DNA from: Macrostomum hystrix | Taxonomy: Eukaryota; Animalia; Platyhelminthes | Direction: 5' to 3' | DNA: 64,000 bases | Assembly (NCBI GenBank): GCA_950097015.1 | Contig: CATNEN010000002.1 | Span: 7,006,001 to 7,070,000 of the forward strand | Shown here: positions 36,771 to 49,300 of the stretch, piece by piece | How positions within the stretch are numbered: the first letter of the stretch is position 1 | Layout: each line of letters opens with the position of its first letter | Made by a program: the position numbers and the translations under genes | Notes under the pieces: generated by a model | What the model saw: only the letters and a program-made list of their open reading frames with translations | What the model was told of the DNA's origin: nothing | Databases searched by the model: none

Positions 36771-39700
36771 TAGTGGAGCAGTGATAGACTCTGTGGGGCA
36801 GTGATAGACTCTGTGGGGCAGTGATAGACTCTGTGGGGCAGTGATAGACTCTGTGGGGCAGTGATAGACTCTGTGGGGCAGTGATAGACTCTGTGGGGCA
36901 GTGATAGACTCTAGTGGGGCAGTGATAGACTCTGTGGGGCAGTGATAGACTCTGTGGGGCAGTGATAGACTCTGTGGGGCAGTGATAGACTCTGTGGGGC
37001 AGTGATAGACTCTGTGGGGCAGTGTTAGACTCTGTGGGGCAGTGATAGACTCTGTGGGGCAGTGATAGACTCTGTGGGGCAGTGTTAGACTCTGTGGGGC
37101 AGTGTTAGACTCTGTGGGGCAGTGATAGACTCTAGTGGAGCAGTGATAGACTCTGTGGGGCAGTGATAGACTCTGTGGGGCAGTGATAGACTCTGTGGGG
37201 CAGTGATAGACTCTGTGGGGCAGTGATAGACTCTGTGGGGCAGTGTTAGACTCTGTGGGGCAGTGATAGACTCTGTGGGGCAGTGATAGACTCTGTGGGG
37301 CAGTGTTAGACTCTGTGGGGCAGTGTTAGACTCTGTGGGGCAGTGATAGACTCTAGTGGAGCAGTGTTAGACTCTGTGGGGCAGTGATAGACTCTGTGGG
37401 GCAGTGATAGACTCTGTGGGGCAGTGATAGACTCTAGTGGGGCAGTGATAGACTCTAGTGGGGCAGTGTTAGACTCTGTGGGGCAGTGATAGACTCTGTG
37501 GGGCAGTGATAGACTCTAGTGGGGCAGTGATAGACTCTAGTGGAGCAGTGTTAGACTCTGTGGGGCAGTGATAGACTCTAGTGGGGCAGTGATAGACTCT
37601 GTGGGGCAGTGATAGACTCTGTGGGGCAGTGATAGACTCTGTGGGGCAGTGATAGACTCTAGTGGGGCAGTGTTAGACTCTGTGGGGCAGTGATAGACTC
37701 TGTGGGGCAGTGATAGACTCTGTGGGGCAGTGATAGACTCTGTGGGGCAGTGATAGACTCTGTGGGGCAGTGATAGACTCTGTGGGGCAGTGATAGACTC
37801 TGTGGGGCAGTGATAGACTCTGTGGGGCAGTGATAGACTCTGTGGGGCAGTGATAGACTCTGTGGGGCAGTGATAGACTCTGTGGGGCAGTGTTAGACTC
37901 TGTGGGGCAGTGATAGACTCTAGTGGGGCAGTGATAGACTCTGTGGGGCAGTGATAGACTCTAGTGGGGCAGTGATAGACTCTGTGGGGCAGTGATAGAC
38001 TCTGTGGGGCAGTGATAGACTCTGTGGGGCAGTGATAGACTCTAGTGGAGCAGTGATAGACTCTAGTGGAGCAGTGTTAGACTCTAGTGGAGCAGTGTTA
38101 GACTCTGTGGGGCAGTGATAGACTCTGTGGGGCAGTGATAGACTCTGTGGGGCAGTGTTAGACTCTGTGGGGCAGTGTTAGACTCTAGTGGAGCAGTGTT
38201 AGACTCTAGTGGAGCAGTGTTAGACTCTGTGGGGCAGTGATAGACTCTAGTGGGGCAGTGATAGACTCTAGTGGGGCAGTGATAGACTCTAGTGGGGCAG
38301 TGATAGACTCTGTGGGGCAGTGATAGACTCTAGTGGGGCAGTGATAGACTCTAGTGGGGCAGTGATAGACTCTGTGGGGCAGTGATAGACTCTGTGGGGC
38401 AGTGATAGACTCTGTGGGGCAGTGATAGACTCTGTGGGGCAGTGATAGACTCTAGTGGGGCAGTGATAGACTCTGTGGGGCAGTGATAGACTCTAGTGGA
38501 GCAGTGATAGACTCTAGTGGAGCAGTGATAGACTCTAGTGGAGCAGTGATAGACTCTAGTGGAGCAGTGATAGACTCTGTGGAGCAGTGATAGACTCTGT
38601 GGGGCAGTGTTAGACTCTGTGGGGCAGTGTTAGACTCTAGTGGAGCAGTGTTAGACTCTAGTGGAGCAGTGTTAGACTCTGTGGGGCAGTGATAGACTCT
38701 AGTGGGGCAGTGATAGACTCTAGTGGGGCAGTGATAGACTCTAGTGGAGCAGTGATAGACTCTGTGGAGCAGTGATAGACTCTGTGGGGCAGTGATAGAC
38801 TCTGTGGGGCAGTGATAGACTCTGTGGGGCAGTGATAGACTCTGTGGGGCAGTGATAGACTCTGTGGGGCAGTGATAGACTCTGTGGGGCAGTGATAGAC
38901 TCTGTGGGGCAGTGATAGACTCTGTGGGGCAGTGATAGACTCTGTGGGGCAGTGATAGACTCTGTGGGGCAGTGATAGACTCTGTGGGGCAGTGTTAGAC
39001 TCTAGTGGAGCAGTGTTAGACTCTGTGGGGCAGTGATAGACTCTGTGGGGCAGTGATAGACTCTAGTGGGGCAGTGATAGACTCTGTGGGGCAGTGATAG
39101 ACTCTAGTGGGGCAGTGATAGACTCTGTGGGGCAGTGATAGACTCTGTGGGGCAGTGATAGACTCTGTGGGGCAGTGATAGACTCTAGTGGAGCAGTGAT
39201 AGACTCTAGTGGAGCAGTGTTAGACTCTAGTGGAGCAGTGTTAGACTCTGTGGGGCAGTGATAGACTCTGTGGGGCAGTGATAGACTCTGTGGGGCAGTG
39301 TTAGACTCTGTGGGGCAGTGTTAGACTCTAGTGGAGCAGTGTTAGACTCTAGTGGAGCAGTGTTAGACTCTGTGGGGCAGTGATAGACTCTAGTGGGGCA
39401 GTGATAGACTCTAGTGGGGCAGTGATAGACTCTAGTGGGGCAGTGATAGACTCTGTGGGGCAGTGATAGACTCTAGTGGGGCAGTGATAGACTCTGTGGG
39501 GCAGTGATAGACTCTAGTGGAGCAGTGATAGACTCTGTGGGGCAGTGATAGACTCTGTGGGGCAGTGATAGACTCTGTGGGGCAGTGATAGACTCTAGTG
39601 GGGCAGTGATAGACTCTGTGGGGCAGTGATAGACTCTAGTGGAGCAGTGATAGACTCTAGTGGAGCAGTGATAGACTCTAGTGGAGCAGTGATAGACTCT

Positions 39701-40002
39701 AGTGGAGCAGTGATAGACTCTAGTGGAGCAGTGATAGACTCTGTGGAGCAGTGATAGACTCTAGTGGAGCAGTGTTAGACTCTAGTGGAGCAGTGTTAGA
39801 CTCTGTGGGGCAGTGATAGACTCTGTGGGGCAGTGTTAGACTCTGTGGGGCAGTGTTAGACTCTGTGGGGCAGTGATAGACTCTGTGGGGCAGTGATAGA
39901 CTCTGTGGGGCAGTGATAGACTCTGTGGGGCAGTGATAGACTCTGTGGGGCAGTGATAGACTCTGTGGGGCAGTGATAGACTCTAGTGGAGCAGTGATAG
40001 AC
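36771..40002. repeat. 3.2-kb 20/21-bp satellite (GCAGTGATAGACTCTGTGGG and variants)
   Basis: About 160 tandem copies with few variant positions. Confidence 0.97.
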
Positions 40003-40974
40003 TGTTTGCAGCTGTTTGAGTTCTAGGTGCTCATCTTCGGCTCATGCTTGACCCTTGGACTCTGAACCTGACAACCACTTAACAAGTAGAGTCACAGCAG
40101 ACACACCTGGGGACAGTTGTTGAGTTGTGTCAATTAAACTGCGGCGCAACAATTAGGTGCGAAGGAGGTGAGGAGGCTAAATTATTAATTACTTTCCCAG
40201 CTGTGTTGCCTGTTAAAATACATGGCCGTGTGAAGAAAAATGTTTTTCGTGATAAACAGCAAACCAAAAATAAAAAAATCCTGCATTCGTTTTAAAGCTA
40301 ATGATTCGTAGCAATTCTTAATTGACACATTCCAATTTCACAGCTAGACACATTCGTGAGAGCAACTTACGTTTCGATGAAAAGTTTTTTACTGTAAAAT
40401 AACCCTCTGCATTTGAGAAAAAAAAATTAAAAAAATTTGGATTATATGCCTGACTCCAATGAACCTGAGGGTGAGAGATCTGCGAGACTGAGACTGAGAG
40501 ATCTGTGAGACTGAGACTGAGAGATCTGTGAGACTGAGAGGTCTGTGAGACTGAGGGTGAGGTTGAGATGGTGAGACTAGATAATGTGGAGAAGTGAATG
40601 AAGTTAGAGAGATGTGAATAGTACAGCGAGAGATGGATAAGTGATTATTTTAGAGAGACGAAAAGTGAAAAATTGTTCAGCAAACAAACAAAGTGTTGCT
40701 CCTGTTGTGTCTCAGACATGCGATGTTGGTCATGCGTTAATTATTAGTGCAGTTGTATAGCATTGCCGGATAGAATCCGCAGATAATTTTGGCCTACATC
40801 AAGCTTCCTTCTTCCTGGCTAAGTAGTAATTATGGCTGTGTCAGCAGCAGCCTGAGACAAATACTAGGGAAGATTTCTGGGATGATGGTAGACCTAAAAG
40901 TTCGTGTTGAATGAGTAGGCGAGACTTATGGGCGGATACTTCTAGGGAGAGTGTTAGACTTAGGGTTAGATCCG

Positions 40975-41130
40975 GCGGAGAATAGGTGAGACTTTGTGGG
41001 GGAGAATGGGTGAGACTTTGTGGGGGAGAATGAGTGAGACTTTGTGGGGGAGAATGAGTGAGACTTTGTGGGGGAGAATGGGTGAGACTTTTTTGGGGGA
41101 GAATGGGTGAGACTTTGTGGGGGGAGAACG
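40975..41130. repeat. 24-bp minisatellite (GGGTGAGACTTTGTGGGGGAGAAT)
   Basis: About 6 copies. Confidence 0.9.
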
Positions 41131-41639
41131 GATGAGGGAGTGGGTGCGACTTTTGGGGAAGAAAAAAATATTTTTGAGTGAGATTTTGTGGTTGCTAGAG
41201 AGGTTTTTGATGAGAGTGGGTGAGACAGTTAAAGTAAAACGCCAAACTGAATACTTATCATTCGATTCGTCAAGCGTTTCATATTTCTTAGAAACTCAAG
41301 CAGCCTTTACTTCCAATTTTTTAGACACTTTCTATCGACTCAAAGTCATGGATTTAGTTTCTAGGCTGGCAGATGAGTTGAAAATCCCATTTGGAAAATG
41401 CTGTCTAATGGAAGTCAGTATCCCAGCTTGTTGTTGTCGGGTAGAAACAGGTTTTCGATTTTCAAAAGCAGAAAAAGCCAACGAAGTCGCTCTGAAAGGC
41501 CAAACAGTGGCTTCTGTAGTCTCGACTTGCGGCATCGACTATTTGCTTGGTCGATTCCGTTGCAAAAAAGACTTTCTGTCTTTGATGCTAAGCTGAGCCT
41601 AGCTTGAAAAGATTTTGGCTTGAACTACAGAACCTCGAG

Positions 41640-42110
41640 TCTGTGTGTCTCTCCCCTGTCTTTCCTTCTTTGTCACATGTCTCTCCCTGTCTCTCCCCTG
41701 TCTCTCCTCTTTTGTCGCCCATCTCTCCCTGTCTCTCACCTGTCTCTCCCTGTCTCTCCTCTTTTGTCGCCCATCTCTCTCTGTCTCTCAACTGTCTCTC
41801 CCTGTCTCTCTCTGTCTATTACCGTCTCTCCCTGTCTCTCCCTGTCTCTCACCTGTCTCTCACTATGTCTAACCTGTCTCTCACCTGTCTATTACCGTCT
41901 CTCCATGTCTCTCACTGTGTCTCACCTGTCTCTCACCTGTCTCTCCCTGTCTCACCTGTCTCTCACCGTCTCTCCCTGTCTCTCCCTGTCTCTCACTTTC
42001 TCTCCCTGTCTCTCCCTGTCTCTCCCTGTCTCTCTCTGTCTCTCTCTGTCTCTCCCTGTCTCTCCCTGTCTTCCCTGTCTCTCCCTGTCTCTCCCTATCT
42101 CTCCCAGGTA
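41640..42110. repeat. CT-rich ~11-bp degenerate repeat (CTGTCTCTCCC)
   Basis: Read directly. Confidence 0.9.
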
Positions 42111-42331
42111 TCCTTCTCCCATATCTCCCAACCTCAAACAAACTTCAAGATCTGTCGCGAGGCAGACCCACCGCCACAGCAGCCAATAGCAGGCTGCATC
42201 TTAAGGGGATTGGGGAAAAATACGTGAGGAAGAATTTGTTCTGCTCCCCTAACTGAGAGAGGCATATTTGAGACAGGAGAATCGCAGGTGAGTTGTGAAA
42301 TTGCGGCAAAGTAGATCCCAGCGCTGCTGGC

Positions 42332-45300
42332 ATGGGCTGCTCACTGGCCAAACGGCAGCGGCAGCCACTGGCCCCTTCGCCCAGCCGCTGTCTGAACGAT
42401 CAAATCGGTGACTGTTTGAGCAGAACTCAAATTAGTCTCGTGCGCCACACCTGGGCAGCGATTGGAGATGATCTGACCGGCGCCGGTCTCATTGTGTTTA
42501 ACAGGTGAGTTTTGAGAATGGACTCGCAAATAGGAGATTTTCATTTGAGATTATTTCGGTTTTGGGATAAAGAAATCTGGAATATGAAATTTTTGTGACG
42601 CTTAGAGGTTGGATCTAGGATAATTTTTAAGAATTCCCGATTCGGATTTTAAAGTTTAATTACAAGCTGAATCGTATTGGTATCTGGGATTAGGATGTAA
42701 GGATTGAGATTTGGACTTAATCTCCTTACACTCGCCCCCTTTCTACCCTCCCCTATCCAATTTATCGATCCCATCTGACTCTCAAAGCCCAACAACAACG
42801 TTTGCCCAACATTATTTGCTTGAAAGCGTTTCAGGAGTGCCGATAGATATGGGGTAGGAGAGGGGACGGATATAGCATTGGAGTGCAACCTTTAGTTGAA
42901 GCTGACAGCGAATGTCAAGCAGCTATTGACAATGTCAAGTTGATGAGCTGTCATTGTCAATGACCGCAGGCTGTTCCAGACGGACCAGGAGATGCGCGAA
43001 CTGTTCACCCGGCTGATGCAGCGGTCGGAGACGGACGTTGAAGATAAGGAGGCCCAGCGCAATGGACGATCGGATGGTCGGGATGGGCAGTGCAGATTAG
43101 ATGCCCAGCAGCTGCAGAGGCATGGGCTGGCAGTGATGCAGGTCAGTAGGCAGTGATGCAGGGTCAGTAGGCAGTGATGCAGGTCAGTAGGCATGATGCA
43201 GAGTCAGTAGGCAGTGATGCAGGTCAGTAGGCAGTGATGCAGGTCAGTAGGCAGTGATGCAGGTCAGTAGGCATGATGCAGGTCAGTAGGCAGTGATGCA
43301 GGGTCAGTAGGCAGTGATGCAGGTCAGTAGGCAGTGATGCAGAGTCAGTAGGCAGTGATGCAGGTCAGTAGGCAGTGATGCAGAGTCAGTAGGCAGTGAT
43401 GCAGGGTCAGTAGGCAGTGATGCAGAGTCAGTAGGCAGTGATGCAGGTCAGTAGGCAGTGATGCAGAGTCAGTAGGCAGTGATGCAGGGTCAGTAGGCAG
43501 TGATGCAGAGTCAGTAGGCAGTGATGCAGGGTCAGTAGGCAGTGATGCAGAGTCAGTAGGCAGTGATGCAGGGTCAGTAGGCATGATGCAGGTCAGTAGG
43601 CAGTGATGCAGTCAGTAGGTAGTGATGCAGGGTCTGTAGGTAGTGATGCAGGGTCATTAGGCAGTGATGCAGGTCAGTAGGTAGTGATGCAGGGTCTGTA
43701 GGTAGTGATGCAGGGTCAGTAGGCATGATGCAGGTCAGTAGGCAGTGATGCAGGTCAGTAGGTAGTGATGCAGGGTCAGTAGGCATGATGCAGGTCAGTA
43801 GGCAGTGATGCAGGTCAGTAGGCAGTGATGCAGGGATTTCCGCAACAACTCCGCAGGCTCTGGGTGCTGCAGTGGACTGTCTGGAGGACGCTCTCGTTCT
43901 GAATTCCGTGCTGCTGGCCCTGGGTCAGGCCCACCAATCGTTCCGCATCCGGCCTGAGATGCTGATGGTAATTCCTTTAACACGTGTCTGAAAATTTGCT
44001 AGCTGAACTGTTCTCACCTGCCTTCCCTACTGCCTACTTCTCACCTTCCCTACTGCCTGCTTCTCACCTTCCCTACTGCCTGCTTCTCACCTTCCCTACT
44101 GCCTGCTTCTCACCTTCCCTACTACCTACTTCTCACCTTCCCTACTGCCTACTTCTCACCTTCCCTACTGCCTACTTCTCACCTTCCCTACTGCCTACTT
44201 CTCACCTTCCCTACTGCCTACTTCTCACCATCCCTACTGCCTACTTCTCACCTTCCCTACTGCCAACTTCTCACCTTCCCTACTGCCTACTTCTTGTTCT
44301 CCAAAACAAAGATGCAAATATTTTTCCACTAAACTGAGCGAGTGTCATTATCGATTCGTTACACTCGCCAAGCAATGCTCGACCGTCAGCCGTCTCTGCG
44401 TCTTCACTCAGTCAGGCGTGGACACTCGAGTTTCCAAACCGGGAGTTCGCGCTATCACTGGCGCAGCCAATCAGTTTTATTTGTCCTGAATCCAGAATCC
44501 AGTCCCCAGACAGTGAATCGGCCCAATTAAGTATGGGGCCTCGATTTTATAAGCGCCAATCTGAAATACATGTGTAGGCCGAAATCTAGCTGGAGCGGAT
44601 TTCATCCTCACCAACCAAAAAACCCGGAGGCTCTTGGCTCCACAATTTCATACAAACGCTTCGACCGAACCGTCATCAGTACAAGAATAGTAGCTTTGTT
44701 AAAGTACATTTTATTCCCGCAATAACAGACTGTCTGATATTTACGTCAGATCTGCTAATCCTTCAATCCTAATCTGCTAATCCTTCAATCCTAATCTGCT
44801 AATCCTTCAATCCTAATCTGCAAATCCTTCAATCCTAGACTGCAAATCCTTCAATCCTAGACTGCAAATCCTTCAATCCTAGACTGCAAATCCTTCAATC
44901 CTAGACTGCAAATCCTTCAATCCTAGACTGCAAATCCTTCAATCCTAGACTGCAAATCCTTCAATCCTAGACTGCAAATCCTTCAATCCTAGACTGCAAA
45001 TCCTTCAATCCTAGACTGCTAATCCTTCAATCCTAATCTGCTAATCCTTCAATCCAAATCTGCTAATCCTTCAATCCTAGACTGCAAATCCTTCAATCCT
45101 AGACTGCAAATCCTTCAATCCTAGACTGCAAATCCTTCAATCCTAGACTGCAAATCCTTTAATCCTAATCTGCTAATCCCTCAATCCTAATCTGCTAATC
45201 CTTCAATCCTAATCTGCTAATCCTTCACCCGCCGAGCAGCGCCTGTGGCCAGCGGTGAATTTCGCCTTCCTGCAGCGCTTGGGCCGTGAGCGGTACAGCC

Positions 45301-45473
45301 CGCAGGCCGAGAAGGCCTGGCGCAGGGTGTTTCGGTACATTGTGGGCAAGATGGAAGCGGGCATACTCATTCGCGAGGCCGAGCTCAGGCAGCAGCAGCA
45401 GCAGCAGCAGCAGAGGTCGGACGGAGTTAAACGAGGCAGCGGAAGTAGTGTTGCACGTGGTGTAAATTTGTGA
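42332..45473 (+). CDS. Globin X-like N-acylated globin, 229 aa; exons 42332-42504, 42970-43141, 43857-43967, 45240-45473
   Basis: MGCS N-terminus, LVRHTWAAI (A helix), GLIVFNR|LF, CD1 Phe in MRELF, distal His in QRHGLAVM, proximal His in LGQAHQSF and AEKAWRRVFRYIVGKM (H helix). Introns are GT-AG, at the conserved B12.2 and G7.0 positions plus one in helix E. Confidence 0.9.
43130..43833. repeat. 20/21-bp minisatellite (GCAGTGATGCAG[G]GTCAGTAG) starting inside globin exon 2
   Basis: About 34 copies. The unit is the last 12 nt of the exon plus the first 8 nt of the intron. Confidence 0.95.
44010..44292. repeat. 23-bp minisatellite (CTTCTCACCTTCCCTACTGCCTA)
   Basis: In globin intron 3. Confidence 0.95.
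44750..45228. repeat. 22-bp minisatellite (CTGCAAATCCTTCAATCCTAGA)
   Basis: In globin intron 3. Confidence 0.95.
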
Positions 45474-46396
45474 AACTTTAATAACTAACTGATCATGACT
45501 GCCCTAATTCTTATTGTCAAGATTGGCAGAAAATGTCTAGTTATTTAAAAATATTAATTTTAAGGTATAATCTGTGAAGTTATACCAACTTTGGAATTAT
45601 TTTATTCCTTTAACTTTCAGTAAGTAACAAGTAGTTACTTTTTGTCTTGATTTTCCAACTAATTTTTAATAGCAAAAAAACCAACATTTCTACTGCAAGT
45701 AGGCAGTTTGGCTGTCTTCTCTGCAAAAATATTAGCTGAAACTTAACTTCTGGAATTCTATTTCTTAAGTTTTTGCGAACAAGTGACGCATTCTTACACT
45801 GTGGCCTAGCTAGCACATTTACATAATGAGCATTTCTTAGCTTCTTAGAATAAAAACGAGCCACTTTTGTAGGGCTTATTTGGTCTGATCAAACTAAACT
45901 TTGGTCTGATCAAACTAAACTTTGGTCTGATCAAACTAAACTACTGCTGCGTAGTTTTCATGTGAAAGTGCAGATACTTTTGGTTGACAATATGCATAAT
46001 AAATATTACTGTAACATTACAGTCCATCTGTTGTTAATAGGATAAAGTTCATAAAATAGAGTTTAAAGTATCAAAAACTAATTATAGATTTTGGGTCGCT
46101 AAATTCTAAAAAGTGTAAAAGACACAGTTGAAATAAAACAAGCAAAAATACATCGGAAAATCACATAATTTGAAAACTGATAGAGGGACAAGCGGAGACG
46201 GAGAAACAGGGAGAGATGGGGCAACTCTGACAGAAAAAAAACGAATAAAACAGAAGCGAATACCGAGACCGAGTTAAAAGTGCAAAAATCTTTTCAGAAG
46301 TCTCGAGTAGTGTCTGAAATATTCGATTCAAGTTAACAATTATGAAGCGGACGGACAGGAGGGCACAATTAAGAAGGCTGAAGTCAGCGCGAGCTT

Positions 46397-49300
46397 CTAC
46401 ATGATCTCCAAGCGCGATGGCGGCTGATTTCGCTGATTGACCAGAGGCGTGCCCGGCTTCCTCCGCTCCGGCTGGCCCTGCCTGCCCGCCTTGGTGAACA
46501 CGTGCTGAGAAGGCGGCATTGTGGGGGGAATGCGCGACTGTAACAATAAGACTATGTCTGAGGAAGGGCCGTCAGGCTTCTTTACTTTACTGATAAGATT
46601 CGATGAAATTTACCGCAAAGTCTCTCGAACGGGCTAATAACATCAAAGGAGAGTTACCGCCAAGTCTCTCGAACGGACTAATAACATCAAAGGAGAGTTA
46701 CCGCCAAGTCTCTCGAACGGACTAATAACATCAAAGGAGAGTTACCGCCAAGTCTCTCGAACGGACTAATAACATCAAAGGAGAGTTCCCGCCAAGTCTC
46801 TCGAACGGACTAATAACATCAAAGGAGAGTTCCCGCCAAGTCTCTCGAACGGACTAATAACATCAAAGGAGAGTTACCGCCAAGTCTCTCGACAATACTG
46901 ATTACTACTAAGTCTCTCGATTGTACTGATAAGATTAAAGGAGATTTACCGCCAAGCCTCTTGAATGTTGTGATAACATCAAAGGAGATTTACCGCCAAG
47001 CCTCTCGACTGCACTGATAAGATCAAATGAGCTTTACCGCCAAGCCGAAAATTTGGCGTTATTTTGGCGGTTTCGGCGGTAATTCTAAGATAAAAGAAAA
47101 TGGCCGCTAGGTCTCACCCGGTGCACCGTAGACTCCTTGGCCCGGTTGTAGGCCTCGAGGTCCAACGTGTGCTCGAGCTGCTGATGCTTGACCCGGTCGA
47201 ATCGGTCCAGCGGATCTTCGTAGGGCTTCGGTGGCAGAACCTCCGGCCGCACGCCCAGACCCGCCTCCAGGCTGTTGGCAGCCGGCCGCCTGTCACCGCC
47301 GCCCGCGGAACTGTCCAGGAACGATTCAGCGTACCATTTGTCGAATTCTGGAATAATAGTTCTGTTCCTTTAGTTTCCTGGCCCTCAAAAAGCGAGAGTA
47401 CTTGTGATGCCTCACCTTGGATGAGCTTCTGTCGAGTGAGATCCACCATCTTCTGGCAGTAGAGAATCTGCGTCTTCAGCTCCTTGTGCCGCTCAAAGTC
47501 GGCCTTGTAGGCGTCCTTGAGTTGGCGCAGTTTCTTAATCTCAGCGAACTCCTCCTCGTTGATGATAAGCTCGCCCTCGTCCGTGTACAGATTGCCCTGC
47601 GCCTCGCGCTCCATCTTCAGCGCGTCCAGGCGGAGTCGCGAGCGATCAATCTCCGTCTTGAGGGTGTTGACCTGGCTGGCCACGGCTGAGTACTCCTTCT
47701 TCTTCTCCACCATTGTGTCTGCGGGTTGCGGTGCAGTTCGGCTTCGTTTCATTTGTCTATGGCCCGATCCTATTCCTCCCAGGTGTTCATTTCTGCGAAC
47801 ATGCATGACGTTAGAAAACGCATGGATACCAAAACAATCAGTATTTTCCTTTTTAACTGTCTCTGGATAGATTTTAACAAAAGTAAGTACCTCCCGCACA
47901 TGTACATCACATACATGTACAGCACATACACATACATTTTCTAAGAATCGAGAAAAATTCTAGAATTGCAGTGGGGTGAGTGGCAGAGCGGTTAACGCGT
48001 TACCTCTCGTAGGCAGTCCCTGAGCTCGATTCGACGGCGAGGCCATGTTCATTCGGGGCGAAGCAGCGGGGAGAAGGCTTGCGGGCTTGTCGTGCAATTG
48101 ACGCCCTTGAGGGCCAACCTCAAAAGCACAGTGAAGTGTACACTGCCTGACGATGAGAAAGTCAGGGCAGATGTACACACACACCTGTGTGAGCGTGTGC
48201 CTGCGTACGGTCCTGTGTGCGTGTGTGCTCGGAGTCAGCGGAATGCGCAGAATTGCCTCCTCTCTGGCTGCAGGACTAGTGTCGGCAAATTGTGTGCCCG
48301 CACCTGCAGAACTATGACTCCGAGGTTTCCGGGAGTCCCAACTCACTCCTGTTCTCATTGAGAATCCTGTAGATCTCAGAGCCCAGCTCGCGTTTGAACT
48401 CCTCGAACGCCTGGGTGCGCGACGGCGGAGTTCCGGGCCGGCCGCCGCCAACAGCCTCGGAACCGGCGCCGGCCACGTCTGGCGTCCCGTCGGAGTCGGC
48501 AGCCGCGGCAGTGGCACCAGCGCCTGAAGACGAGGCACCGCCGGCGGCTCCCAGCGGATGCTGTCGGCTTTTCTTTGATGTCGCCGTTGCAGCCGCGGCA
48601 GCCTCGCGTCGCTTGCTCTGCAGAAAGACGCTGGACTCGTCCATGCCGACTTCGCTTCGAGCGGCAATGCCGAAGCTGCGCCCGTCCAAGTCGCCAACAG
48701 CGTCGCCCAGTTGAGCGCCAGAGGTCGATGGTCCGAGAGATCTGGCGGCTCCTTCAGGCGGGGTGGCGCCCACCCCCTGGCCTGCCATCAGCTCCTGGAA
48801 GCGAGTGTCGGCCTCCTCGCGGCTGGCGATGCAGAGTTCGCGGAACAGCTCGAAGACCGCCTGAATCTGGCGAATGCTCATCAGCTGCGTGCGGGAAAAT
48901 TTTTGTTGTCTGCTATTTGCTGGTGCTGTGACATTGTGGTAATGTGAAATTTCTGTATTGTGAGATTGTCGTAATGTGACATTGTGGTAATGTATAATCG
49001 TGGTAATGTGAAATTTTCTTACTACTACTCAGCTAGGCCTGTACTGTACAGAGTCCTGACCAGCAAACTGGGTCCAAACACGCTGAGTTCTACTCACATC
49101 GATTTCATCTAGGTCCCCGTCGATGTAACGCTGCACCTGCTGCCTAAGCTCAAAGCGCTGCTGCTCAGAAATAGGCTCGTAGTGAATGTGCGACTTGTTG
49201 TGCTGCAAAATATTGCGTAAAAGCTCGTTTAATTATAAAAAAATCAAATCTTGGCTTACCAACAATGTGAGAATATGCTTAAGCATGCGTACATTAAACC

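Noticed and set aside
41117-41607. ORFs at 41.1-41.6 kb
   Set aside because: No recognised motif, weak codon bias and partly repeat-derived.
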